The position numbers were made by a program, and so were the translations under genes. A stretch of 64,000 bases of DNA. Source: an uncultured Planctomycetia bacterium. Its GTDB lineage: Bacteria > Omnitrophota > Gorgyraeia > JABMRN01 > RBG-13-46-9. The notes beneath the pieces are model-generated. The model was given only the letters and a program-made list of their open reading frames with translations. It was not told the origin of the DNA and ran no database searches. Numbering within the stretch: position 1 is the stretch's first letter; every line of letters begins with the position of its first letter. Positions 9,185 through 18,522 of the stretch are shown in pieces. The DNA lies in the NCBI GenBank assembly GCA_964440235.1, contig CAYTQI010000003.1, positions 1,599-65,598 of the forward strand. The letters are read 5' to 3'.

Positions 9185-11497
9185 TCACCCCCTTTCTTCT
9201 TTGCCGTAAAACGTATATGTTTTATTGAACGTTATTTTATGAACCGAATTAAAACATTTGATAAGCATGGCCCCTTTTTTCCGGCTTTCGGCGAAAATTT
9301 TTATTTTTTTATTTCTAACGGAGACCCTCAGGATAGACTGGCGCCAGTTAAGGCAGAATTTTATATTTTTCCAGTGCTCGGGAAGCCGCGGCTCGAATGA
9401 AGGCAGGTTATGCATATTCCTGAAACCGGCAAACCCCATTACCACCGCCTGCCATGTGCCGCCCAGTGAGGCGGCATGTATGCCGTCACCCGTATTTGAA
9501 TGGGTATTTTTAAGATCCGCGTAGAGTGAAAAAAGAAAATACAGGTAGCTTCTCGTGCGATCTTTGACCTCGGAAGCGATTATTGAATGAATGCTCGGGC
9601 TGAGAGAAGATTTGTGCAGGGTTCTTTTTACATAATATAAATAATTTTTCGCGATATCGTTTTCCCTGAAATTTTCCGGTAAAACGTATGTAAGCATCAC
9701 GACGTCGGCCTGCTTTACCAGCTGTGTCTTCTTTATACCGGCCAGGGAAATTTCGTGAGGGGTAATCGGCATGAAATAGCTGTTAAATTTTTTCGGAATG
9801 ACGTCTTTTTTTCTGAAATATCCGTCGAATTCCTCAATAATCCCTTTTGATTTTGAAAACGGGAATTTTATATTTTTCGCTATGTCCGCCCAGTGCCGGA
9901 TCTCGCCTTCCTTGAGCGATATTTTCCTCGCTACCCTTCTCAGGCCCCGTGGCCTTTGCCTGTAAAAACGCCCGTATAGGTCTTTCGCCATCAGAAGGTT
10001 CCACCTGGCCATCTGGTTGGTATAGGCGTTATTGTTGACATTTTCGTGAAATTCGTCCGGGCCGATAACGCCGTTTATGTCAAATTTTTTCTTCTTTCCT
10101 TTACGCGTCACGCGGCTGGCCCAGAATCTGGCCGCCTCAAATATCATCTCAAGGCCGGCCTTCAGCATGAAATCAATGTCAGCCGTAATATTAAAATAAT
10201 GCCAGATGCCGTAGGAGACATCGGAAACGATATGGTGTTCAAGATCTCCGGTATGAATTTCTATGATGGAACCGTCCAGATTTTTCGCGTAGGGCGGCGT
10301 TGTCTCACCCCCGGTATCGGCGGATTCCCAGGGGAAAAGCGCGCCCCTGTAGCCCTTGGATTTAGCTATTTCCCGGGCCTCATCAAGCCGGTGAAATCTA
10401 TACATCAAAAGGTTTCTGGCTATGGCCGGAGACGTATATATGAAAAACGGCAGAATAAAAATCTCCGTATCCCAGAAAATATGCCCCCTGTAGCCGTGCC
10501 CGCTCAATGTCTTCGCTCCTATACTTACATTGTCATCGCCTTCCTTGCCCGATATAAGCAGATGGTACATGTTGAAACGCAGGGCCTTCTGGGCTTCTTT
10601 GTCACCCGCTATTTTTATATCCGCGTCATTCCATCTATCCCGCCACTTTTCGGTATGCCTTTTTAAAAGTTCCTTAAATCCAGCCTGTTTCGCCCATCGC
10701 AGGTCATTTACGGTTATTTTTTTCAATTTTTCGCGGCTTATGTGCTTGGATGTGTGTATTGAGAAAATTTTTGTGAAACACAGCGTTTCATTTCTTTTTA
10801 ACGACATGTTGAAAATTTTATTCAGAGTCCCCATGCCCTCGCCAAGCCCCCTTCCGACCGCGAGAAATGAGGCGTAGGCAATCCAGATCTTGTTCGTAAA
10901 AGTCTTTACGCAGAGATAGTTCAGGTCTTCGGCGGCTGAAACATCCACTAGCTGGGTATGCCTTTTTCTTCCCTCGAGAATGTCGCCGGGATTTGTCACC
11001 GAATCATCCACGGTATCCTGTACGATTATCCTGGCAGGCTTATCCATAGCCTTCAGATAAACCTGCATCGCGCCTATATGCGTATCACGCATGCTGAAAA
11101 ATCGGAGCGATTCATACAAAAATCTCCTTTTTTTCGTATCGGAAAATATCGTTTTCCTGGCGAGAATACCGTTTTTCAGGTCAAGGACCCTTTTGTTTTC
11201 TATAATATCCATTCTGCCGATATCCAGCTTTTCGCCTTCTACCGCGATTCGAAAATTAATCGGGTTAGGGGCGTTTACCAGTTCCGGAACCATGGAAACC
11301 GCTTTATCGTAAATACCTGCTATGTATGTACCGGCTTCCGTACCCTCGGGTATTTCTTCGTAAATACCCCTTGAACCGAGATATCCGTTTCCCAGGGTAA
11401 AAATACTTTCTCCCGCATTTAAACCTCGGGAAGAATATCCGTTTTCCGCTATAAGCCAGCTTTTATCGGCCAGATATTTATAAAATCTGCTTTTCAT
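9185..11497 (-). CDS. glycoside hydrolase family 65 disaccharide phosphorylase (maltose/trehalose/kojibiose/nigerose phosphorylase family)
   Basis: 770 aa. GH65 central catalytic signature GHIFWDTEIFILPFF plus N-terminal beta-sandwich and C-terminal domains. Adjacent beta-phosphoglucomutase. Confidence 0.8.
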   Translation of the reverse strand: MKSRFYKYLADKSWLIAENGYSSRGLNAGESIFTLGNGYLGSRGIYEEIPEGTEAGTYIAGIYDKAVSMVPELVNAPNPINFRIAVEGEKLDIGRMDIIENKRVLDLKNGILARKTIFSDTKKRRFLYESLRFFSMRDTHIGAMQVYLKAMDKPARIIVQDTVDDSVTNPGDILEGRKRHTQLVDVSAAEDLNYLCVKTFTNKIWIAYASFLAVGRGLGEGMGTLNKIFNMSLKRNETLCFTKIFSIHTSKHISREKLKKITVNDLRWAKQAGFKELLKRHTEKWRDRWNDADIKIAGDKEAQKALRFNMYHLLISGKEGDDNVSIGAKTLSGHGYRGHIFWDTEIFILPFFIYTSPAIARNLLMYRFHRLDEAREIAKSKGYRGALFPWESADTGGETTPPYAKNLDGSIIEIHTGDLEHHIVSDVSYGIWHYFNITADIDFMLKAGLEMIFEAARFWASRVTRKGKKKKFDINGVIGPDEFHENVNNNAYTNQMARWNLLMAKDLYGRFYRQRPRGLRRVARKISLKEGEIRHWADIAKNIKFPFSKSKGIIEEFDGYFRKKDVIPKKFNSYFMPITPHEISLAGIKKTQLVKQADVVMLTYVLPENFRENDIAKNYLYYVKRTLHKSSLSPSIHSIIASEVKDRTRSYLYFLFSLYADLKNTHSNTGDGIHAASLGGTWQAVVMGFAGFRNMHNLPSFEPRLPEHWKNIKFCLNWRQSILRVSVRNKKIKIFAESRKKGAMLIKCFNSVHKITFNKTYTFYGKEERG

Positions 11498-12147
11498 TCC
11501 TTAAAAAGTCCTTTCAGTTTCGCGTAATCGACCTCCGCGAGATCCCTCACCACTATATCCGCTTTTTTAAGAAACCCTTTGCCTTCTTTTCTTTCGATGC
11601 CAACCGAAAGCATGAGTCCGTTTTTGGCGGCTTCCACCCCGAGTATCGCGTCTTCAAAAACCACTACTTCCGCCGGTGAAAGCCCGAGCCTCGAGGCGGC
11701 CGTGAGAAATATCTCGGGGTCCGGCTTTCCTTTTTTAAAATCTTTCCCGCTTACGATAACGTCAAAAAAAGCAACCAGCTTCGTTTTCTCCAGTATATAC
11801 CTGCAATTCCTGCTTGAAGACGCGGCGGCGATTTTTATACCGTTTTTCTTAAGCTCGTTTATCAGGTTCACCGTGGAGGGATAGGTTTCAATCTCCCCGG
11901 CGTCAACGAGTTCAAGATAATATCGCTGTTTTTTTAAGGCTGCCTTCTCAAGTTCCGCGGCATCCAGGCCGGTAAGAATAGCCCTCGCTCCGTCAAGACG
12001 CGGTATGCCGTCGACTTTCCGCTTATAATCCTCGTGGGTAAAATTCCTGCCGTATTCGGAAAACATTTTCTTCCATGCCTCGAAATGCAACGGCACTGTA
12101 TCCACAATAACGCCGTCCAGGTCGAATATAGCTCCTTTAAAACTCAT
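11494..12147 (-). CDS. pgmB: beta-phosphoglucomutase (HAD superfamily, subfamily IA)
   Basis: HAD motif I FDLDGVIVDT, motif III K...GKPDPEIF, motif IV FEDAILGVEAAKNGLM. Classic partner of GH65 phosphorylases. Confidence 0.8.
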   Translation of the reverse strand: MSFKGAIFDLDGVIVDTVPLHFEAWKKMFSEYGRNFTHEDYKRKVDGIPRLDGARAILTGLDAAELEKAALKKQRYYLELVDAGEIETYPSTVNLINELKKNGIKIAAASSSRNCRYILEKTKLVAFFDVIVSGKDFKKGKPDPEIFLTAASRLGLSPAEVVVFEDAILGVEAAKNGLMLSVGIERKEGKGFLKKADIVVRDLAEVDYAKLKGLFKE

Positions 12148-12566
12148 TTTCTCACCATCTTTCCCACCCTACCAAAAAATCCTATTACAAGAAAAATAAA
12201 AAGGGTGCCCACCAGAGAAATATAATACTTTCCGAGGCCGATGGCGAGGCCGATAGCGCCCATTACCCATATCCCGGCCGCGGTCGTAAGGCCTTTCACG
12301 GAAGCGCCTTCACGCATTATCACGCCCCCGCCGAGAAAGCCCATACCTATGAGGAGCCCCTGCGCGAGCCGCAATATGTCGGCCTCCGGATAACTCGCTG
12401 TCAGCTCAAGCCCGATCAGGGCAAACATACAGGAGCCCATGCAAACTAAAATATGCGTCCTCAGCCCGGCCGCCTTGTCGCTGATTTCCCGCTCCATACC
12501 TATTATTGACCCGCACACGATAGCCAAAAAAAGGCGCAGAACTAAGGTATTAACGGATATTATCAT
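12144..12566 (-). CDS. MgtC/SapB family membrane protein
   Basis: 140 aa polytopic protein with the MgtC-family signature (RLFLAIVCGSIIGMEREISDKAAGLRTHILVCMGSCMF). Confidence 0.75.
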   Translation of the reverse strand: MIISVNTLVLRLFLAIVCGSIIGMEREISDKAAGLRTHILVCMGSCMFALIGLELTASYPEADILRLAQGLLIGMGFLGGGVIMREGASVKGLTTAAGIWVMGAIGLAIGLGKYYISLVGTLFIFLVIGFFGRVGKMVRK

Positions 12567-12567
12567 T

Positions 12568-13590
12568 TTACCCTCCTGCTATAAAATTAAAATACGCGCT
12601 CAAAAGAAAAATAATGAAGATGACCGGAACGTACCAGCTTATATTAAGAAAACTTTTTTTTGGCTTCGTCGCCATACCGATAATCACAACGGCTGTCATG
12701 GCCATGACCGAGAAGGCCTGGCGAAGATGGCCCGGAGAAACAGCCCCGAGTATCGGGCCTTTCCGGTATAAAACGTCGTTTACGAAAATAATAGCGATAT
12801 TAAAAAGATTGCTTCCGAGCATGTTGGCCACGGCGATTTCCCGGGCCCCTATGATAAGCGCCGCCACGGAAACGGTGATTTCCGGAAGCGTGGTAGCCAA
12901 CCCCATGAAAAGGCTGCCCACGAAACTCTGGCTGAGCCCCATGATTTCCGATATCTCCTTACCTATATAAGCAAGCCAGATACCGCTTAATATGATCACG
13001 CCCGCGGAAATTCCGTAATGGATATAAGCTTTTTTTAGAGAAATATCGCCGTATCTGGCGGACGAATTTCCGGGCCGGTTAATATTCTCTTTTTTCGCGG
13101 ATTTTCTTTTTTCAAGATTATAAATAACTCTTGTGATGATACAATATGAAACAACGATAGCAATGCTGAAAAAACCTACATTTTCTACGCTCCATACGTG
13201 AAAACCGCTTTTCCATAATATTATCCCGAGCGTGGCCAGTAAAAGGGGTATCAGCGTAAAAACAGCCGTTAAAAGCTGGCCGGGCCCGAGAGAGGAAAGC
13301 AGCGGGCTTCCTTTCGCGAGCAGATCAAGAAATCCGATATTCAAAAGATTATATGAATTCGCCCCGAACAGGTTACCAACCGTAAGATCCGGCGCGTCTA
13401 TAAAAACAATGCTGCCGATACCGGTAAAAAGTTCCGGGAGGCTTGTCGCCACCGCCACGAGAATAAGGCCTATCCACAATCCACCGAGCCCGGTTTTCCA
13501 GGCTATGACATCGGCATATCTGGCGATGCGCTTGCCGGCGAAAAGGATAAGCAGCGCGCATATCCCGAATTTAACCCACATCATATACAT
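12568..13590 (-). CDS. Ca2+/cation antiporter, CaCA (Na+/Ca2+ exchanger, YrbG-like) family
   Basis: Two alpha-repeat regions with ATSLPELF and GSNLFNI motifs; about 10 TM helices. Confidence 0.8.
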   Translation of the reverse strand: MYMMWVKFGICALLILFAGKRIARYADVIAWKTGLGGLWIGLILVAVATSLPELFTGIGSIVFIDAPDLTVGNLFGANSYNLLNIGFLDLLAKGSPLLSSLGPGQLLTAVFTLIPLLLATLGIILWKSGFHVWSVENVGFFSIAIVVSYCIITRVIYNLEKRKSAKKENINRPGNSSARYGDISLKKAYIHYGISAGVIILSGIWLAYIGKEISEIMGLSQSFVGSLFMGLATTLPEITVSVAALIIGAREIAVANMLGSNLFNIAIIFVNDVLYRKGPILGAVSPGHLRQAFSVMAMTAVVIIGMATKPKKSFLNISWYVPVIFIIFLLSAYFNFIAGG

Positions 13591-13638
13591 TTTCTCACCC
13601 TTTTAACCCTCATCGGCCCTTGAGGTATCATCGCGGAA

Positions 13639-14643
13639 TTACCACACTCCCTCTACTGCCGTATTACACGCGGGACATTTTCCGTTTTTTATATTATTTT
13701 CTTCGACAGCATAACCTGCCCTGACAATAAGCTTATGGCCGCATTCATGGCATACTGTATCGATTTCTTCGGCAACGTTACCCGGATATATGTATTTGAG
13801 GCCCGCCGCCTTCCCTATTGATTCGGCTTTTCTAAGGCTCTCGAGCGGGGTTTCTTTCGTATCCGTAAATTGATAATCAGGGTGAAACCTGCTTACATGC
13901 CAGGGGATAGCCGCGTCAACGCTTTTTATAAACCCCGCGATACCTTTTAACTCCTTATCACTGTCGTTCAGCCCCGGCACTACAAGCGTCGTAATCTCAA
14001 CCCACATCCCAAGCTTCTTCATGAGCCGGATAGATTCAAGAACCGGTTTAAGAGAGGCCTCGCATATTCTTTTATACATTTTTTCATTAAAAAATTTTAG
14101 GTCCACGTTGCAGGCGTCAAGATATGGTTTTATTTTTTTAAGCGCTTTGCCTGTCATGTATCCGTTTGTCACGAAGGTATTAAAGATCCCCTCCTGCCCG
14201 GCGAGTTTAGAGGTATCATAAGCGTATTCAAAAAATACGGTCGGCTCCGTATAGGTGTAAGAAATACTTTTACATTTGTTTCTCTTCGCCTGCCTTACGA
14301 TTTCTTCGGGCGTAAGACCCACCCCGGCGGAAAAACCGTTTTTTTTCGACTGCTGCGATATCTGCCAGTTCTGGCAGAACGGGCAACGGAAATTACATCC
14401 GGCGGTCGCGACGGAAAACGCATTCGTGCCCGGAAGAAAATGGTAAAACGGTTTTTTCTCTATCGGGTCCACGTGCGCGGCGGCTGCCTCGGCATATACA
14501 CATGTATAAAGAACGCCTTTTTCGTTTTTGCGGACGCCGCAAAAACCGTATCGCGAATCGTCTATTTCGCAATTGTGGGCGCATAAGAGGCAGCGAACGC
14601 GATTATTTTCGAGTTTTTCGTAAAGTAATGCCTCTTTTTTCAT
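13639..14643 (-). CDS. AmmeMemoRadiSam-system radical SAM enzyme (PflA-like activase family)
   Basis: CNFRCPFCQNWQIS radical SAM Cx3Cx2C motif plus an upstream Cys cluster CLLCAHNCEI...FCGVR characteristic of the family. ATG at 14643 (MKKEALLYEKLENNRVRC) follows the upstream stop at 14646; the longer ORF to 14742 overlaps nth. Confidence 0.7.
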   Translation of the reverse strand: MKKEALLYEKLENNRVRCLLCAHNCEIDDSRYGFCGVRKNEKGVLYTCVYAEAAAAHVDPIEKKPFYHFLPGTNAFSVATAGCNFRCPFCQNWQISQQSKKNGFSAGVGLTPEEIVRQAKRNKCKSISYTYTEPTVFFEYAYDTSKLAGQEGIFNTFVTNGYMTGKALKKIKPYLDACNVDLKFFNEKMYKRICEASLKPVLESIRLMKKLGMWVEITTLVVPGLNDSDKELKGIAGFIKSVDAAIPWHVSRFHPDYQFTDTKETPLESLRKAESIGKAAGLKYIYPGNVAEEIDTVCHECGHKLIVRAGYAVEENNIKNGKCPACNTAVEGVW

Positions 14644-14645
14644 AA

Positions 14646-15308
14646 CTACCGTCCGGCCCGGTCCGGCCGGACGAATCGGCCCGCTGAAGGGCATAGACGC
14701 CTTATGGCGCATTCCGCGCAGAGGGCCTTTCGCGCGCCGCAAATCTTACGTCCATGACTGACAAGAAGATAATTAAAATCAAGCCAGTCGCCGCGCGGGA
14801 CTATTTTCATAAGATCTTTTTCGATCCTGACAGGGTCTTTCTCGGCACTCAAACCGATTCTTTGTGAAAGCCGCTTGAGGTGGGTATCAACCGCTATGCC
14901 CTCGGCTTTCCCGAAAGAACCGGAAAGCACGATATTGGCAGTTTTCCGCGCCACCCCCGGAAGGCTCGTAAGGGCACTCATTGTATCGGGAACCCTGCCG
15001 GCGAATTCCTTCACTATCTTTTTTGACGCGGCTATGATATTCCTCGCCTTGCTTTTGTAGAAACCGGCAGAGTGTATCTCTTTTTCCAGAATACTTTGTT
15101 TTAAACGGGAAAAGCTGCCCGGATCTTTGTATTTTTTGAAAAGCCCCGGCGTTATTTCATTGACGCGCTTATCGGTGCATTGCGCCGAAAGCATTGTAGA
15201 TACGAGAAGTTCGAAAGGCGACCTGTGGCGTAACGATGTTTTCGCATCAGGGTATTCTCTGCGGAGTATTTTTATAATACGTTTAATCCGTTTTTTCGCT
15301 GATTTCAT
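14646..15308 (-). CDS. nth: endonuclease III (DNA glycosylase/AP lyase, HhH-GPD with 4Fe-4S cluster)
   Basis: HhH-GPD motif LPGVARKTANIVL, catalytic Lys/Asp region, C-terminal CxxxxxxCxxCxxxxxC Fe-S cluster loop. Confidence 0.85.
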   Translation of the reverse strand: MKSAKKRIKRIIKILRREYPDAKTSLRHRSPFELLVSTMLSAQCTDKRVNEITPGLFKKYKDPGSFSRLKQSILEKEIHSAGFYKSKARNIIAASKKIVKEFAGRVPDTMSALTSLPGVARKTANIVLSGSFGKAEGIAVDTHLKRLSQRIGLSAEKDPVRIEKDLMKIVPRGDWLDFNYLLVSHGRKICGARKALCAECAIRRLCPSAGRFVRPDRAGR

Positions 15309-15341
15309 ACTATCCGGCCCCGCGGATCATGCAGGACTAAT

Positions 15342-15908
15342 TTACCTTTTAAACTTTCCCATGAGCTCGGCTTCCGCGATGACCCGTCCCTTTATAGCGT
15401 CCAAAAGAGCTTTTTTGGTAAGCCCGGGTTTCAAATTTAATTTCGTCCCGAGCGCGTAAAGTTTAAAAAAATACCTGTGCGCCGCGCCCGGCGGCGGATA
15501 TGGCCCTCCGTAACCTGTGCTCCCGAAACTGGTCATGCCCTGCATGGAACCGTCCGGTAAAAGGCCGTCTTTTTTTATTTTTTCCGGGAGGCCTTTTTTA
15601 TCCGCGGGAATATTATATAAAACCCAGTGAACCCACGTCCCCATGGGCGCGTCAGGATCGTCTGATATAAGCGCGAAGCTTTTTGTATCCGCCGGCGCCG
15701 AGCTCCATTCAAGCGGCGGTGAAATGTCCTCGCCTTCACCGGTATATTTATCCGGTATAAATTCCCCGTTTTTGAAAACCGGGCTCGTTAATTCAAGCGC
15801 CATAACACCACCCCCTGCCGTTACGGTAAAAATCAAAATATAAAATCCGAGTAAAAAACGAAATCCCGCGCCGCCGGGTATAAGCGGCGGGATAAACTTC
15901 AAAGTCAT
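15342..15908 (-). CDS. YbhB/YbcL family Raf-kinase-inhibitor-like protein (PEBP), probably periplasmic
   Basis: PEBP signature DPDAP...HWVLYNI...GPYPPPG..HRYFFKLYAL; N-terminal hydrophobic signal-like segment. Confidence 0.8.
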   Translation of the reverse strand: MTLKFIPPLIPGGAGFRFLLGFYILIFTVTAGGGVMALELTSPVFKNGEFIPDKYTGEGEDISPPLEWSSAPADTKSFALISDDPDAPMGTWVHWVLYNIPADKKGLPEKIKKDGLLPDGSMQGMTSFGSTGYGGPYPPPGAAHRYFFKLYALGTKLNLKPGLTKKALLDAIKGRVIAEAELMGKFKR

Positions 15909-15909
15909 A

Positions 15910-16917
15910 TCAAGGCCACCGGTGCTGATCGCCCTTTACATTACATTCAACATCGGTAATAGCGTCCCCTTTGAATATCATGGTATAATCCTTGCCTTTC
16001 CCGCTGCCCGAAGGGCAGCTATGCCACTTCTCGTTTCTAAGATACTTTCTTTCCGAAAGGGCATCCAGGCGTTCCTCATCGCTCATATCCGCCAGGGAAT
16101 CTGTTTCATTTAAAATATACCCCACCGCTGCGGCAAAAATCGCCTTCTGGTTGGCAAGGCACAACTCATTTTGCGTGCTTGAACGGGCTTTCATGTAATT
16201 CGGTATGGCTATCATCATCAAAAGTCCGACAATGGCGGTTATAACCAGTATTTCAAAAACAGTAAACCCCGACGCGGTATAAATTATATCCTTACCGAGC
16301 CGCCTTATGTTTTTTACACGCAACCCGAAGGCGTTTTTTATGCTCTTGATACCCATATCCCCTACGCTTTCCACCCCCTTGCCCATGATCTTTGGCGATA
16401 TAACAGCTATAACCTTATCGGCGAGGCGGGCCTTCAGAAAGGAAGCGATAACACGCGAACCGCCCTCCACAAGTATTTTTCTCATTCCTCTCTTATAAAG
16501 TATACGGATAATCGCGTTCAAGTCAATATGGCCGTTTTTCGCGGCCGGTAAAACAATAATTTCAATTCCGGCGTTTTCAAAGTACTTTATTTTACCGACC
16601 GGGGCCGCAGGTGTCGTGATAATCATTGTTTTCGCGAGATCGGTTTTTTTCACGACGCGCGCGCTCTCCGGCACGCGAAGCCTGCTGTCAATAATAACCC
16701 TGGCTGGATTTTTCCCCTTAGCAAGGCGGACGGTAAGAGACGGGTCGTCGTTCAGGACAGTTTCTATCCCCACGATAACGGCATCGTTTTTCGCGCGTAA
16801 GGCATGGGCGAATTTCCGTGAGCGCGGGGCGCTTATCCACTTTGACGAGCCGTCGGGAGCGGCTATTTTTCCGTCAAGCGTCTGAGCGAATTTTACCGTT
16901 ATGTAAGGCCTTTTCAT
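15910..16917 (-). CDS. chimeric ORF: RibD C-terminal-type reductase domain (aa 1-217) continuing in-frame into a type IV pilin/pseudopilin-like N-terminal methylation motif plus about 100 aa pilin-like C-region
   Basis: The N-terminal half looks like RibD_C/DHFR-like (VKFAQTLDGKIAAPDG...VEGGSRV). At aa 218 the classical prepilin signature GFTVFEILVITAIVGLLMMIAIPNY begins, with no in-frame ATG/GTG/TTG between the domains. ATG at 16915-16917 confirmed. Confidence 0.55.
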   Translation of the reverse strand: MKRPYITVKFAQTLDGKIAAPDGSSKWISAPRSRKFAHALRAKNDAVIVGIETVLNDDPSLTVRLAKGKNPARVIIDSRLRVPESARVVKKTDLAKTMIITTPAAPVGKIKYFENAGIEIIVLPAAKNGHIDLNAIIRILYKRGMRKILVEGGSRVIASFLKARLADKVIAVISPKIMGKGVESVGDMGIKSIKNAFGLRVKNIRRLGKDIIYTASGFTVFEILVITAIVGLLMMIAIPNYMKARSSTQNELCLANQKAIFAAAVGYILNETDSLADMSDEERLDALSERKYLRNEKWHSCPSGSGKGKDYTMIFKGDAITDVECNVKGDQHRWP

Positions 16918-17189
16918 TATTGAAAGCTATAGTGTTTTCTCACCGGATTCCTTATGTCCCATACACAGCTCAGGCCTTTCGGGAACGTAACAAAATCACC
17001 CGGGCCGAAGTTTACGTTTTTTCCGTCTTTCGTTTCGACGCTAACTTTTCCCTCCAGGATGTAACACATTTCCGTATCATCATAATGCCATTCAAAACGT
17101 GATATTTCTTTTTCCCATACCGGCCACGAAAAAACTCCCATTTCCTTAAGTTTTTTTTCGGATAATTTTTCAACCCTTATCTGTTCCAT
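16917..17189 (-). CDS. small cupin-fold protein (cupin_3/DUF861-like)
   Basis: 90 aa with the cupin beta-barrel motif (EWHYDDTEMCYILEGKVSV...GPGDFVTFPKG). Confidence 0.6.
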   Translation of the reverse strand: MEQIRVEKLSEKKLKEMGVFSWPVWEKEISRFEWHYDDTEMCYILEGKVSVETKDGKNVNFGPGDFVTFPKGLSCVWDIRNPVRKHYSFQ

Positions 17190-17192
17190 TTT

Positions 17193-18383
17193 TCACCTCG
17201 GGCCCAGCAGGACCCAGTAGTCGGTTTTTTTCTTAACTTTAAAAAGATAGAGCCGGCGGTTCAGGTTCGGCTGCCTCCCTAAAATACGGATATAAAAATC
17301 GTCAAAATAGTCCGGGGATTCAAGGTAATAGCCGTGGCGGGCGCTCGCGTTATTTACCGGGGTTACGTCAACCAGGGAAATCTTATCCGGCTGAAGCGAT
17401 TTGAGATACATCAAATTTTTCATCTCCTCGAACTGCTTGTGGCTTTTCACGCTTTCAGAGGGCTTTATTACCTGACGGCCCAGTTTCCTCTCGCCGTCTA
17501 TGATTCCGCTTAAAAGAAGCGCCTCGTCATCCGAAGAAACATACGCTGTCAGGAATCTGGTAAGAGAGGCTATTTCGTCTTTGAAGTCGCTGTCAAATTC
17601 ACCTTCTGCGACATCAGGCGCGGAAAGTATTACATGGTCTATTTCGAAATCCGAATCGGCGAAATCGGAACTTTTGCACATGCTCCCGAAGGCCGAGCAC
17701 ACGACCTGGGCGCCAAGGCTGGACGAGGCGAGCCAGAGTTTTTGCGGCCTCACCTCCCGCACGATCTTTCCCATAAGGTTGCACAGGTATGGGCCGGATT
17801 TCTCGGCCAGTTTCCTCGCTTTTCCGTAACCCTCCAGGGATACCGGCTGGTTGCCCGGCCAGTCAAAAAGAAGAACCGGCGTATTGACATCAAGCAGATA
17901 GGCGAAATAGGCCGCTTTTATCGCCGTAACCTCAAAATCATCCTTGTAACCGAAGGTAAGCACGAGCAGGGAATTATGCGGTGAATTTTTAACCGCCTCC
18001 TGCAGCTCTGAAATAAAATCATCTGTTTTCATTTTCTCAAGATCATCCATTTTTATCATGCCCCTTCGCTTAAGGGCGGCGGGACGCATTCTTCCTATCT
18101 TGAGGCCCGGATCCACCTTGATATCCATTTTCCCGTATGATATGTCCTCACCGATTTTCGGCAGGAAACATGACGAAAAATTCTTTCCCTCCCCGATATC
18201 CCGGCATGTCGCGTAGAAAATATTTATTACCCTGTAGCGGCCGTCAAGTTTATAGGGAATGCGCCTGTACAGGTCTTTTACATAAGGCGCGGCCGTTTGT
18301 ATGGGGAAATAGGAACAGCCCTGTAAGAATACGCCCAGGAACGTGATCAGCAGGGTTGAAAATAAAAACCGATTTTTTTTCAT
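17193..18383 (-). CDS. lipoprotein with alpha/beta-hydrolase fold domain of the DUF900 family (putative esterase)
   Basis: Signal peptide plus lipobox (FLQGCS); central region with the nucleophile-elbow-like LASSSLGAQVV typical of PF05990. Confidence 0.6.
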   Translation of the reverse strand: MKKNRFLFSTLLITFLGVFLQGCSYFPIQTAAPYVKDLYRRIPYKLDGRYRVINIFYATCRDIGEGKNFSSCFLPKIGEDISYGKMDIKVDPGLKIGRMRPAALKRRGMIKMDDLEKMKTDDFISELQEAVKNSPHNSLLVLTFGYKDDFEVTAIKAAYFAYLLDVNTPVLLFDWPGNQPVSLEGYGKARKLAEKSGPYLCNLMGKIVREVRPQKLWLASSSLGAQVVCSAFGSMCKSSDFADSDFEIDHVILSAPDVAEGEFDSDFKDEIASLTRFLTAYVSSDDEALLLSGIIDGERKLGRQVIKPSESVKSHKQFEEMKNLMYLKSLQPDKISLVDVTPVNNASARHGYYLESPDYFDDFYIRILGRQPNLNRRLYLFKVKKKTDYWVLLGPR

Positions 18384-18522
18384 ACTACCCCCTTTTATCC
18401 GCGGTTTTGATCATGCCTCTTTTCAATTATACCTTTAGAGATGAAAAGCCTCAAGTTTTATTTACGCGTAAAAATTATCCGCAACGTCAGGAAAGGCCTA
18501 AAACCGCCCTTCGGCTTTAACT

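Noticed and set aside
15910-16917. Separate pilin gene with its own leader peptide downstream of RibD_C
   Set aside because: There is no in-frame ATG, GTG or TTG in the 30 codons preceding the GFTVFE motif and no stop codon between the domains. As sequenced it is a single ORF, reported as a chimera that needs verification.
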